A stretch of DNA of 63,981 bases, filler included, from Jimgerdemannia flammicorona (Eukaryota), in NCBI GenBank assembly GCA_003990765.1. It is 3 parts of 3 records of this genome, joined end to end, with 100 filler letters (N's around TTAATTAATTAA, not from the genome) between each part and the next. Parts side by side here need not be neighbours in the genome. Positions count along the whole stretch, not along the records: positions 21,548 to 42,993 come from RBNJ01001451.1; 2 more parts are not named here. The stretch is one strand, 5' to 3'. Below, piece after piece: positions 27,801 to 41,400 of the stretch. Each line of letters begins with the position of its first letter. Position 1 is the stretch's first letter. Below the pieces are notes generated by a model that saw nothing but the letters and a program-made list of their open reading frames with translations, had not been told where the DNA came from and searched no databases. Position numbers and translations under genes: made by a program.

Positions 27801-28290
27801 GTTACAGAAGAACTAGTCCCCAGCATCATGCCACCAGACCCCTGTCTCTTACCAGCCACCTGACCTGTCACCTGACTTGTCACCTGACCTCTCCCCCTGT
27901 CAACACTACATCCCCCCTATCTAACCCCCATGGGCCTAGCTGCAGCCCTCCTATTCCCAACCACTATATGCCAGGCCTCAATCCCTCCAGTCCTCCCCTG
28001 CCCACCTACCCCTCCAGCAGCCACACCAGCCCCTGCAGCAGCTGCAAAGCTCCTGAAAATCCCCAGACCAGGCCTCCTCCTCTCCAGATGCTCAGAGCTA
28101 GAGGAATCTTGACTAGCCATGTCACCAAAACTCAATGGTTTTCCCTAAAATTTATTGTGCCTTATAGATAGACTCCCACCACACGATGTACACCAGTATG
28201 TTTGAAATAAAAACTTCCAAATGTGTTGTCTTTCACTGAAAGATGTCTGTATGGCTTAGCTCTCTCCAAATGATACAAGCAAAAGAAGTT
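24879..28290 (-). mobile_element. LINE A (subfamily 1): 5' end, ORF1 (ATG 28120) and the endonuclease part of ORF2 (from ~26239), interrupted by E
   Basis: 5' terminus ACTTCTTTTGCT. ORF1 RCLRWDPRAVQL. APE motifs FLQD, VGSVYLPA, GGDFN, HWRLN. Confidence 0.85.
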
Positions 28291-28434
28291 CCCTGTCAGC
28301 TTTTTTTTTTTTTTTTTTATAGTCTCTTAGACTCCTTTATTCAGCTATCTAATATAATTACAGAGAACTACAAATCACTACTAATCCTATAACATATACT
28401 GAAGTAGAGTCCATCAGTCCACTCCTTCCTTCCA

Positions 28435-31400
28435 TCACACCCCACTAATATCTAACACCAGAAACCCTCGACTCTGCAGTATAATGTCTTGTACTTTCTT
28501 CGCTGCCCACAACTGCTGACGCCTCCCTTGATACCACCAACCCTGTACTACTTCCTGCACCAACCAACGCCATCGCTCAACCAGGTCCCCAATTCCCATC
28601 CAACATTCTCCTTCAAAGACCCATTGCCAGTGGGCTGCCATTAAGACCCACACTCCTAAGATCTGCCCAACACCTCCCCAAATGTCCCCAACATCTCCCA
28701 CCAGTCTCCTCCAGATGATGACACTAACAGACTCTCCCAGCCTCCTTCGATCAGAATGCCAATATCCCTCCAACATCTGCCAATACCCCTCCACCCCTGG
28801 ATAGGCCCCCAAGACATGCTCTGGGGTCTGAACCACTTCTCCAGAAATCTCCGCACACCATTCACAATCTCTGCATCCATCAGTCACCATCCACCCTATC
28901 CGATAGTTTAACATTACATTCCTTCTCATGAACCTCCACCAAACTATCCAGTACCGAGGAGGTACCACCTTATTCAAGGTGGTGGCCCATCCCCAGATTC
29001 TACTCCATTCCCACATCTCGCCAATACCAGCTGTCTGCCATCCAACTGGCCACCACTCAAGAGGACCTAATCTGGCCCATTCCATTGCCTCAACCAGAGA
29101 ATAATCCTTCAGCTCCTTCCCTCCCACCCTAAGCAATTTGAGTCGTCACCACTGCTGCTCAGGGTCTGCCCCCACCTCTATCACCTCCACCTCTGGCCCC
29201 ATCAGGCCCATTGTAAGCCAAGCCTCAATGATGCCCCATCAGAACCCTTTGAACCGCATCCTCCCCACAGATCCGATCTGAAGTAGTCCTCGCAAATCCT
29301 TCCTCTCTGCACTCCGGGGGCAGAACCTGATCTCCCAATTGTCCATTGCTAATCTGCCCCAGCTCTCTACCCCTAGCTCCACAAGTCGGCGACCCCACCA
29401 GCCCCGCAGTGCCTTCAATCTTCGCCGAAAATCCACCAACCCCAAACCACCATCAACAATCGGCAGCACCAATGCATCCCATCCAATCTGTAGCCGTCTA
29501 CCCTTCCAGAGCCACCCTTCCATAGCCTTCTTGAGACGCCGCACCACCCAACCAGGAAAATTGAGGTGGTAACCCAGGTACCACAGCTTCGGCAGCCAGT
29601 ATACATTCAGAACCACCACTCTTCCTACTAGAGAAAAGTTTCAACCAGCCCAGCCCGTCAACACCCCTTCCCATTTTTGTACTATAGAACTCCACCACTC
29701 CTTTGGCAGAACTGTCCTGAACACAGAAAACCATATCCCTAAGTATCTGACTGCCTCCCCCTTAGGCACCACACATCCAAGCCCTGCTACCCCTAAGCCC
29801 ACACCAAGCTCTAAGGTTTCATACTTCCCCCAATTCAACTTTGCACCTGCCAACCCTTCATACTGTTCGATTCCTTCTCACAAAATATCCATGTCCTCTA
29901 TGCTACCAAGCCCTACTACCATGTCGTCAGCGAAGGCCCCCAGCTTCCAAACCACCTCACCTATATGCAGTCCATTCAGCCTTTCTCTCAGCCATGCCAA
30001 CACCGGTTCTAGCGAGAGGATATAAAGAAGCAGTGAAAGTGGGTCCCCTTGTGGAACCCCTCTTCCTAAAGAAAACTCTGGGCTACTCCAGCCATTCATC
30101 AGTACTGCCCCTCGACAGCCTCGCACTAACCCCATCAACTGTCTAACCTCTTCCTGCTGAAAGCCAACTTTCTGGAGAATTACTTCTAGGTAACACCACT
30201 ATACCCTGTCATAGGCCTTCTCTTGATCCAAAAAGACTATCCTCCCATCAATCTGCCTACTTCTACAGCCTTCCAAAACATTTTGCACCCATGCTGTACT
30301 GTCCCTGATCTGCCGGCCCTTCACAAAGCCCCTCTGTTCCTCCCCTACTAATCTTCCAATCCACTGCTGCAACCTCCCTGCCAAGATTTTCAAGACTAGC
30401 TTCCTGTCGATGTTTAGCAGCATGATCAGCCGCCAGTTGCGCCACTCCCTCCTGTCACCTTTCTCCTTGTACAACAAAGACACCAGACCTAGACTTCCAT
30501 TCCCAATCCACCAGCCTTCCTCTAGTACGAAATTAGCCATTTCAACAAGCCAAGCGCCAAATTCCACCTTAAACTCCTTCCAAAATTCCCAAGAGAGGCC
30601 ATCCTCCCCTGGTGAGGAACCACTCGGTGTCTTCTGCAGAACCTCCAACACTTCTTCCAAAGACACTCTGCCAAACACTGATGCTCCAATCTCCGGTTGT
30701 GATACCACTGACCAGTTATGTACTAGAGGAGCCTCGGCAACCTCCTCTACTCCAACACCTCCACCCATATCATCATCACTCCAAAGGTTCTGCCATCACT
30801 CTGAGATCTCCTCCAACATATCTGCTACACTGGTGACCTTGACACTATCTTCTCGCAAAACTGAAGACCAGCTATGTCTAACATTCCACACTTTCAAGAC
30901 ACCAGATAAGTACTTAGTCAGTCTTTCACCCTCTTCCAGTCGTCTAGCCCTTAGGCACGCAAGGAGCCCATCTACAACTCAATCCTCGACCTCTCTCAAG
31001 GTTGCCTGTAGGTCGAATACCTCTCTAGCAAGTTGTTCCTTCCTCTCTTCGGCTAGTGAACCATCCTCCAATAGCTTCAGCCACCTCTGCAATCCCCTTT
31101 CAACTCTCCTCTCCCTGTCCTTTTGCTCCTTTCCAGCCACTTCCCCAGTGTCTCTCTAATATGTGCTAGCAAGGTGTTTGAATCTGCCCCACCAATCCGC
31201 AATAGATAGACCCCCAGCCACCCAGCACTCTACTTCCTGTCAGGCCACATATACAAATTGCTCCCATTCTGCCAGACGCCGGAGCAATGCCACATTGAGA
31301 CGCCAGCGCCCACCTCCACCATTAACAGCCTAGAATCTCCCACTCACCTCCACTCTCCAATGGTCTGACCATGGGCACCACTATACATTGACCCTATCAA

Positions 31401-32052
31401 AAACATTACCCCAATGCTCAGCTACCAACATCCAGTCAATCTGCATACTGACCATTCCATTGTCTATGGAATGCCACCTGGTAAAGGGGCCTAACCCGTT
31501 TCCCACCCTCGAATGTACCCCATCCACCAATCCCATGCCCCTCTCCACCTGAAGCCACTGAGACAGCCCAGGAGAAACCGCTACCCCAGCCCCGCCATCA
31601 GACCGATCCAGTGCACGGTCCCTAACCATGTTAAAGTCACCCCCCAAAATGTCTAACCCTAGAGCCGCCCAATTCTCCCAAGCCAGCCACTCCTCCACCC
31701 ATTGCTTTTGCTCTCTGCCAACAGCTGGCAGATATACCGAGCCCACTAAAAGTCCATCACCTTTCCCTCCCTTCAGCCTTCCCCACACCAGTCGATCACC
31801 AAAGCATTCTACATCTACTAACTCCCCCTTCCTAACTCCAGCCAGAATACCAACTTACTTACTCCAGCCTGTGTTCCCAAACCATTCCTGACTCCACAAC
31901 TCATAGTCCTCCTCCCCATATGCCCGAATATCTTGAAGAAATACCACATCATATCTCCGGACCTTCAACCACTGAAAGAGATGCCGCCGCTTCACACCAT
32001 CTCGCAAACCATTGACATTAATGGACAGAATATGTAGGTTGTACTTCATCAT
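28435..32052 (-). pseudogene. LINE B ORF2: APE endonuclease, reverse transcriptase and C-terminal Cys/His domain
   Basis: ILSINVNGLRD..VVFLQD, GGDFN, SPGEDGL, QRGFVKGRQI, FLDQEKAYDRV, GVPQGDPLS, AFADD, VRYLGI, GGLGLVD, CEWC..PEH. Multiple stops and frameshifts. Confidence 0.9.
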
Positions 32053-32068
32053 GAAAAAATTTTGGAGT

Positions 32069-33937
32069 TTAGATATTGGCCGCCACTGCTGCCACCTTCT
32101 CAGCTCGGCCCTTAATGATGTCTCGATACTCCTCACAGACTGCTCGCCAAATTCTTTCACCATTGACACTGCCACAGAAGAAGTCCACTCGCTCTGACGC
32201 AACCTTATGGATATCTGCCATTCAGTCATCATCCACCTCGTACCCTTCATCCTCCAGCAGGGCCGCCACCATCGCAGTCACCAGCTTCGGTCCCTGCATC
32301 GCCACCTTGAGAAATCCTTCCCATGCCTCCGGAGAGCCCTGAAACACATCCACTTCCTTAATGTCATCCTCTGCCAGTTCCACCAGAACTGCCTGGAACC
32401 AATCATCTGCCACCATTGCCATTGGCCCCGGAGTCGCAGGCCTGGGAGTCCAGCAAAGCTCCTGAAGCAGCTCTCTGTCCGCAGAAACATCTGAAGTGAC
32501 ATCCACCAGCTCATCCTCTTCAGAGACCTTATCCAATCTCACCACCTCCCCTGCTTCTGGACATTCCCAGTGTACATTTGCCAACCTAGCCATCACTGTG
32601 TCTTCCATCAGAGTTTCGGGGACCACCTCCACAATTTCTTCAAAGCCTTCTCCTTGCTCTTCCTCACTATCTGCCCACTTCCCTGTCACAGGTGCATGCA
32701 CAGATTCCTCCACTCCCCCCAACTGTGAGAAGGACACCTCTGCCACCTCCACCCCTTCCATTCGATTCCTGTCTGATGCTACCCTTTCCACCTCCTCCTC
32801 CTCAGACACTTTCAGCATGGCCTGCAGCCACTCCCAGTTTGCTCTATGCCAATGCTTCCTCTTGCCATCTGTTTCGATCCAGATCCAATCCTTAGCAAAT
32901 TCCTCCCATTTCCTTTTCCACATAGCCTTTGCCTCATCACGCTCCTTGAGGGCTATCAGCAGCTCCTCCTCTTCCTGCTCAGAGCCTTTCCTCCTCCAAA
33001 CCCGGCAGTCCTGCTCCCCAACACGAATGACCTCTGGTCAGTCTCGCCCCAAGCCTGTCGCCTCCTTTCCTTCCAGCTGCACCATCGCCTCACAGTTGCC
33101 ATTTCTCAACTTAGTGCCCTCCCAAAACATAAATCCGAAATCCACCATCTCGCCAAAGCCTTCCAGAGCCTTCACGACCACCATCTTAGTCTCCTGCCTG
33201 CTCAGCGTTGGCAGATACTCCACCACCAACCTCACCGCATGTGGGTCCCACCTCAAGCACCTCGCCATCCCAACCTTAACATTCTTGACCATCAACCCTT
33301 TCTCCAAGGCCTTCACCATAGCCTCCTCCTCAACGAATCCGACATCCACTGCCTCGGCCGAGGGGATAAACCTCAGCAACTCAGCCCCCGCAACCTCCTC
33401 ACCCACCAGTCATAGAACTTCCTTGGCTGACAGACCAAGGCCTAAAAAGTTGGCAGAGACTGCCCACAATGACACAGACTTATGGAAAAAAGATTGTACC
33501 ACCAGCTCCCCTGTTCCTGCAGCCAGGGTTGCCTTGTTCTTACTACTTGAAATGCCCGCTACTGTCTCACCAGGGGCTACTGCGCCACCAGCAGTCCTGC
33601 CCCCAGCCACCAGCCCAGCCCCAGGAAAACCAGTCCCCGTCGTCATGCCCCGTGACCCCTGACCCCTGCTGGGTCCCTGGCCAGTCAGCTGACCAGTCAC
33701 CTGACATCCCCCCCTGTCAACACTATGCCCCTGCTGCCCCACAACTGAAGGCCTAGAGGCCGCCCGCTTATTTCCCATCACTGTGTGCCAACCATCCAGT
33801 CCTGCCGCTGGTCCTTGACCTCCAGCCTGCCCTCCAGCTCCACCTTGACCAGCTGCTGCCGCAAAACTCTTGGGGAGGCCCAAGCCAGGCCTCCTCCTCT
33901 CTAAGCGCTCTGAGCTCAATGGGTCTTGGGTCACCAT
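32069..33937 (-). pseudogene. LINE B ORF1 (Gly-rich N-terminus, RRM-like core, acidic C-terminus)
   Basis: ORF fragments 33410-33982, 33038-33406 and 32222-32923 are homologous to ORF1 of the other copies and directly precede ORF2. Confidence 0.8.
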
Positions 33938-34122
33938 ACTACGAAAACTTGATGGATTTTGATGAAACTTGTTGTGAACCATTGCCAGACTTCTGCCACA
34001 CCTTGCACACCAGTATAAACAAAGCGAAAACTTGAAAACGTGTTACTTTTCATGAAAAGATGCCCATGTGGCTTAGCTCACTCCTAATGGTTTGAGCAAA
34101 AGAAGTGCCCTCAGGGTCATTG

Positions 34123-37100
34123 AGTTCTCTGTCAGCACATCTTCCCATTTTTGTACTATGGAATTCCACAACTCCTTCAGCAAAACAGTCCCAAACACTG
34201 AAAACCATATCCCTAAGTACTGGACTGCCTCTCCCTTAGACACTACTCATCCAAGCCCTGCTACCCCTAAGCCTGCACCAAGCTCTAAGGTTTCACACTT
34301 CCCCCAGTTCAACTTTGCACCTACCAACCCCTCATACTGTTCTATTCCTTCCCTTAAAATGTCCACATCCTCCACACTGCCAAGCCCTACCACCATATCA
34401 TCTGCAAAGGCCCCCAGCTTCCAAACTACCTCACCCATATGCAGTCCATTCAGCTGTCCTCTCAGCCAGGCCAGCACCGGTTCTAGCAAGAAGATATAAA
34501 GAAGCAGAGAAAGAGGGTCCCCTTGTAGAACCCCTCTTTCTAGGACAAACTCTGGACTGCTCCAGCCAATCATCAGTACTGCCCCTCGACAGCCTCGCAC
34601 CAGCCCCATTAACCATCCAACCTCCCCCAGCTTAAATCCAACTTTCTGGAGTACCATTTCTAGGTAACACTACCATACTCTACCATAGGTCTTCTCTTGA
34701 TCCAAAAAGACCATCCTCCCATTAATCTGTCTACTCCTACAGCCTTCCAAAATATTTTGTACCCAGGCAATACTGTCCCTAATCTGCCAACCCTTTACAA
34801 AGCCCCTCTACTCCTCCCCTACCAATTTTCCAACCCACTGCTGCAATCTCTCTGCTAAGATTTTGGAGACTAGCTTCCTGTCGACATTTAGCAGCATGAT
34901 CAGCTGCCAATTACACCACTCCCTCCTGTCACCTTTCTCCTTATACAGCAAAGACACCAGACTCAAACTTTCATTCCCAATCCACCATCCTTCTTCCAGT
35001 ATAAAATTAACCATTTCAACAAGCCAAGCTCCAAATTCCACCCAAAACTCCTTCCAAAATTCCCAAGAGAGACCATCCTACCCTGGCAAAGAACCACTCG
35101 GTGCCTTCTGCAAAACCTCCAACACCTCCTCTAAAGATACTCTGCCGAATACTGAAGCTCCAATCTCCGGTAGTGACACCACTGGCCAGTCACATACTAG
35201 AGGTGCCTCTGCAACATCCCCTACTCCAACACCCTCTCCTATGTCATCATCACTCCAAAGGGTCTGCCATTGTCCTGAGATCTCCTCCAATATATCTGCT
35301 ACACTAGTGACCTCAACACCATCTTCTCACAAAACTGAAGACCAGCTGTATTAAACATTCCTTGCCATCAAGACACCAGATAAGTACTTAGTCAGTCATT
35401 CACCTTCTTCCAGTCACCTAGCCCTTAGGCGCACCAGGAGTCCATCCACCACTCTATTCTTGGCCTCCCTCAAAGTTGCCTGCAAGTTGATTACTTCTCT
35501 AGTGAGTTGACCCTTCCTTTCTTCTGTCAGTGCACCATCCTCCAACAGCTTCAGCCACCACTGCAAACCCCTTTAAACTCTCCTTTCCTTGTCCTTCTGC
35601 TCCTTTCCTACCACTTCTCCAGTATCTCTCCAATATGTGCCAGCAAGGTGTTTGAATCTGTCCCACCAATCTGCAATAGATAGACCACCAGCCACCCATC
35701 ACTCTACTTCTTGTCAGGCCACATGTATGAATCGCTCTTGTTCTGCTAGACACTGGAGCAAGGCTATGTTGAGATGCCAGTGCCCGCCTCCCCCATTAAT
35801 AGCCTGGAATCTCCCACTCACCTCCACTCCCCAATGGTCTGACCATGGGCACCACCATACCCCAACCACATTGAAAACATTACCCCAATGTTCAGCTACC
35901 AGCACCCAGTCAATCCACATACCAACCATCCCATTGTCTATGAAATGCCACCTAGTAAAGGGGCCTGACCCATCTCCCGCCCTCAATCATACACCATCCA
36001 CCAACCCCATGCCCTTCTCTACCTGAAGCCACTGAGACAGCCCTGGAGAGACCACTACCCCAGCCCTGCCATCAGACCGATCTAGTGCATGGTCCCTAAC
36101 CATGTTAAAGTCACCCCCCAAAATGTCCAACCCTAGAGTTGCCCAATCCTCCCAAGCCAGCCACTCTGCCACCCATTGCTTTCACTCTCTGCCAACTGCT
36201 GGCAGATATATAGAGCCCACCAAGAGTCCATCTCCTTTCCCTCTCTTCAGCCTTCCCCACACCAAATGATCACCAAAACATTCTATATCAACTAACTCCC
36301 TCTTCCCAACTCCAACCAGAATACTAACTTGCTTACTCTATCCTGTATTCCCAAACCATTCCTGACTCCACAACTCATAGTCCTCCTCCACATAAGCTTG
36401 AATATCTTGAAGAAATACCACATCATACCTCCGGACCTTCAACCATCGAAAGAGACGTCGCCACTTCACACCATCTCATAAGTCATTGATATTGATAGAC
36501 AGAATTCATAGGTCATATTTCATCATGGAAAATTTAGAGTTTAGATATCAGCCACCACTACTGCCACCTTCTCAGCTCGGCCCTTAATGATGTCTCGACG
36601 TTCCTCACAGACTACTCACCAAATTCTTTTGCCATTGACACTGCTGCAGAAGAAGTCCACTCGCTCAGATGCCACCTTATGAATATCTGCCATTCGGTCA
36701 TCATCCACCTCATACCCTTCATCCTCCAGAAGGGCTGCCACCATTGTAGTTACAAGCTTTGGTCTCTGCAGTGCCACCTTGAGAAATCTGTCCCACACCT
36801 CTGGAGAATCCTGAAACACATCTACTTCCTTAATGTTATCCTCTGCCAGCTCCTCCAGAACTGCCTGGAACCAACCATCTGCCACCATTGCCATCGGCCC
36901 CAGAGTCACAGGCCTGGGAGTCTGGCAAAGCTCCTGAAGCAGCTCTCTGTCAACTGAAACATCTGAAGCGACATCCACCAGCTCATCCTCTTCAGAGACC
37001 TTATCCAACCTCACCACCTCTTCGGCTTCTGGACATTCCCAGTACACATTCACTGACCTAGCCATCACCATGTCTTCCATCAGAGTTTTGGGAATCACCT

Positions 37101-38448
37101 CCACATTTTCTTCGAATCCTTCTCCTTGCTCTTCTTCACTACCTGCTCACTTCTCTATCACAGGTGCATGTGCAGATTCCTCCACTCCCCCCAACTGCAA
37201 GAAGGACACCTCCACCACCTCCACCCCTTCCATATGATTCCTGTCAGACACTATCCTTTCAACCTCCTCCTCCTCAGACACTTGCAGCACTGCCTGCAGC
37301 CGCTCCCAGTTCACTCTACGCCAATGCTTCCTCTTGCTATCTGTCTCAATCCAGATCCAATCCTTAGCAAATTCCTCTCATTTCCTTTTCTGCAAAGCCT
37401 TTGCCTCATCATGCTCCTCAAGGGCTATCAGCAGCTCCTCCTCTTCCTGCTCAGAGCCTTTCCTCCTCCAGACCCAGCAATCCTGCTCCCCAACATGAAT
37501 GACCTCTGGCCAGTCTTGTCCCAGGCCTGTTGTCTCCTTCCCCTCCAGCTGCACCATTGCCTCACAATTACCATTCCTCAACTTGGTGCCCTCCCAAAAC
37601 ATAAATCCGAAATCCACCATCTCGCCAAAGCCTTCCAGAGCCTTAGTGATCACTATCTTAGTCTCCTGCCTGCTCAGCATTGGTAGTCCTTCCACCACCA
37701 ACCTCACTTCATGTGGGTCCCATCTCAGGTACCTCACCATCCCCACCTTAACATTCTTGACCATTAACCCCTTCTCCAAAGCCTTCACCATGGCCTCCTC
37801 CTCAATGAATCCGACCTCAACTGCCTCTGCTGAGGGAATAAACCTCAGTGACTCAGCCCCAGCAACCTCCTCACCCACCAGCTGTAGAACTTTCTTGGCT
37901 GACAGACCAAGGCCCAAGAAGTTGGTGGAGACTGTCCACAATGACACTGACTTATGGAAGAATGGTCGTATCACCAGCTCTCCAGTTCCTAGTCACCTTG
38001 TTCTTGCTACCAGATATACCAGCTACCATCTCGTTAGGAGCTACTGCACCACCAGCAGTCCCACCTCCAGCCACTGGCCCAGCCCCAAGAAAGCCAGTCC
38101 CAGCCATCACACCCCCAGACCCCTGACCCCTGCTGGGTCCCTGGCCAGTCAGCTGACCAGTTACCTGATGTCCACCCCTGTCAACACTATGCCCCTGTTG
38201 CCACAAAACTCTTGGAGAGGCCTAGGCCAGGCCTCCTCCTCTCTAGGTGCTCCGAGCTTGATGAGCCTTGGGTTACCATACTACTGAAATTTGATGGATT
38301 TGGATGAAACTTGCTGTAAATTGTTGCCAGACTTCTGCCACACCTTGCACACCAGTATGAATGAAGTGAAAACTTGAAAACATGTTGCTTTTCACAAAAG
38401 GTTGTCCATGTGGCTTAGCTTGCTCCAAATGGTTTGAGCAAAAGAAGT
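34123..38448 (-). mobile_element. LINE C (subfamily 1): 5' end, ORF1 and ORF2 up to the end of RT, interrupted by A/B
   Basis: Close paralog of B with the ACTTCTTTTGCT 5' terminus. RT motifs GVLQGDPLS and AFADD. Breaks at KWEDVLT. Confidence 0.88.
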
Positions 38449-41400
38449 CTCTCTCCTTAAGTACCTCGACATCTGTCACAGACCCAAGGCCAACCACCAT
38501 ATCATCTGCAAAGGCCCCCACCTTCCACACTATGCCATAGATAGAGAGCCCCACTACCTTCTGGCGAATCCTATCCATTAATGGTTTCAATGAGAGAGCA
38601 TAAAGAATAGGGGACAAGGGATCCCCCTGAGGAACCCCTCTTCTCAAAGTAAATGCCTGACCATGGTGACCATTATACATTAGTGCTGCCTGACTGCCCT
38701 CAAGCAGATTCACCATAGAAGCCTGAAATCCAGGAGGAACACCAATACTTTCCAATACCTTGCTCAGCCAAACCCTCCGGACCTGGTCATAGGTCTTCTC
38801 TTGATCCAAAAAGACCAGCCTGCCATCCAGGCCACAAGCCCGGGCCCCTTCAATGATACCATACACCTAAGCAGTCCCATCTCAAATAAGCCTGCCTCCA
38901 ACAAAGCCCCACTGCTCCTCCCCAAGCACTTGTTGGGCAACCTTCTGCAGCCTTGCGACAACCACCTTAGTTACCATCTTCCTGTCTATGTCCAAAAGCA
39001 TGATTGGTCACTAGTTCTTCCAGTCTTCTCTCCTCCCCTTGTCTTTGTACAATAAAGCCACCAGCCCAAGGTCCTGCCCTCCAACCCACTCACCGCTCTG
39101 AAGAATATGGTCACAGAGAGCAGTCATCTCCCCCAGAATGCCAGAGACCTTGACCATCTTCTTCCAGAAGTCTCATGGTAGTCCATCCTCCCCTGGCGCT
39201 GTTCCAGTTTTAGTTGCCACAAGGACACTCTGGACCTCCTCACCTCGCACCGGCAAGGCCAAGTCCTCCAGCCCAGCCACTAGTGGCGGCCTCCATTCCT
39301 CTAATGCATCTTCAATAGCTGCCTCATCAGCACCCCCTTTATCCTCACTCTATAAACCCTGCCATCTCTCTTTCAAAACCCCTAGGATTTGTTGTGTTCC
39401 ATGTACTATGTCCCCATTGGCATTGAGGACTCCATCCCACCGATGTCTCACCCTCCTAGCATTGAGCAGATGGGATAAATACCTAGTAGGCCACTCACCC
39501 TCCTCAAGCCCCTGCCACCATAGCCTAGCAGCCATACCTCACATATGCACCTCCTTCTCTTCTCTCAGTATCTGTTGCAGTTCCAATATCTCCAATTTAA
39601 TCTACACTAACCTCCAATCCTCCACCCCATCAGATGTAAGTAAACCTGTCCAATCCATCTGCAATCTCCTCAGCCTGCTGGAAGTATACCATGTGTGCTT
39701 CCTCCTCCATCTCCCAGCTTCTCTCCCTGCTTCTCTCCAATAGACCCTTACAGCCTCTTTTAATCTCATCCACCAGACACCCACTGATAAACCCTCACAT
39801 CTCTATTGAGAAACTTTTGCCTGAATATCCTCTACCCATGAATCCCACAATCCCTTCTCAGCCAGCAGGGAGGAGTTGAGGCACTAATGTCCAGGTCCAT
39901 CTCTACTCCCCCCAAACTGCCCCTGTCCCAACAGTCCCCAGTGATCAGACCATGGGCACTATTCCACCTCCAATATCTTCCAGACATCCGATCCCCAGCA
40001 TTCCACCATCAGAATACAGTCAATCCTAGTACCCAAGCCATTCACCCAATGCATGTAGACCCTGGAGTCACCCCATCATGTTCTACCCACATCCCCTAAG
40101 GAGCTCAGCCTCTCCACCTCCTTCCATACATTCAGGCCCACACTTCTCCCTCCTGCACTCCTCCCACCATCAGTGCAGTCCAGACGCTGATCTCGAATCA
40201 TATTAAAGTCCCTCCCAATCATATCAACCCCTTCTGCCAAGAGAACACCCTCCTCCAGCAGCTCCTCAATCCATGCAATCTTCTCACCCCTAATTGCAGG
40301 GCAGTAGCAAGAGCCAACCCTCACCGACTCTCACCCTGGCCGCAGCCAACCTCCCCAGACCAAACAGTCACCCAAGCTCCTGATTCCATCTAAGTCCCCT
40401 CTATCCTTCCTCACCAGAATCACCACTTTTCCAAACCAAGCAGTAGCCCTGCCCCATTCCTTAGTCCATTTCACCCAATCATCCTCATCCTCACACCGAA
40501 CATCCTGTAGTAAAAAGAGATCAGCCTCCAATCCCTTGAGCCAAGTAAAAATGTTCTTACACCATCTAGAATCCCTCAGAGAAAATGTTAGTTGTACTGT
40601 TCATAAGGAATAATGTTAAAAAAGAAGTGATCTCATCCTCTACAAGTCCACATTCAGCTCCTCCTATACCAAGTCCAATTCACATTCAGCAGCTAGTTCC
40701 CTTTCCCCAGCTTCCTGTGCCTCCAACCCTCTCAGAAGTTCCACCATCACCTCCTCAAATTCCTCTCGATACTCCAAACAGGCCTTCCTCCAGAGCTGCA
40801 AACCATGCTGCTCAGCCCAGCAGTATGTTGCCTACTCACCTGCAGCCACCACCAGCTCAGCCTTCTGCACCTCATCGACCTCATATCCCTCCTCCTTTAA
40901 GAGGATTACAAGAATCTCCCCCCTCAGTGCCTTCACCACTCCCTCACCATGCAGAATCCGCTTCCAGTACTCCTCAGGCATAACCCACAGGTCCACTTCC
41001 CCCAATGCATCAGCTGCTAGGTTATCCATCACCTTGCTCATCCACAGCAAGTTTCCTACCTCCTTCCCTCCTGGAGTCCCTGGCCATCCTGCATCCAACA
41101 TTGTGGTGTCAGTACCCACACTGGCAGCCTCATCCCACTCCTCCTCAGGGACATCCACCAGCTCATCCTTGCTAGCCACCACCACCTGGCCCCCTCTTGC
41201 CACATCAGGGACCCCAAAATGTACTCACTGGGCCCCCTTCATCAGCACATCCTCTGATGTCCATCTCTTTGTAGCCAGGCCCCTCCTGATCAGAGGGGGG
41301 GGGGTGGAGTCCAATTCTGGCTCCCAGACCTCGAAGATACCATCAGCAAAAGGGTCCTTGCTCAGCACCTTCCCATCTCCTTCCTTGCCTACCTCCACCT

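Larger units (their letters stand above)
28301..34122 (-). mobile_element. LINE B (subfamily 1): full-length L1/Tx1-like element, ~5.8 kb, pseudogenised
   Basis: Poly(A) tail at 28301-28318. 14-bp TSD AGTTC(C/T)CTGTCAGC at 28287-28300 and 34123-34136. Contains both ORF1 and ORF2. Confidence 0.92.

Noticed and set aside
32496..33662. Long + strand Ser/Pro/Thr-rich ORFs (also 22447, 30410, 37499, 41034)
   Set aside because: Antisense shadows of G-rich LINE ORFs with no independent motifs.
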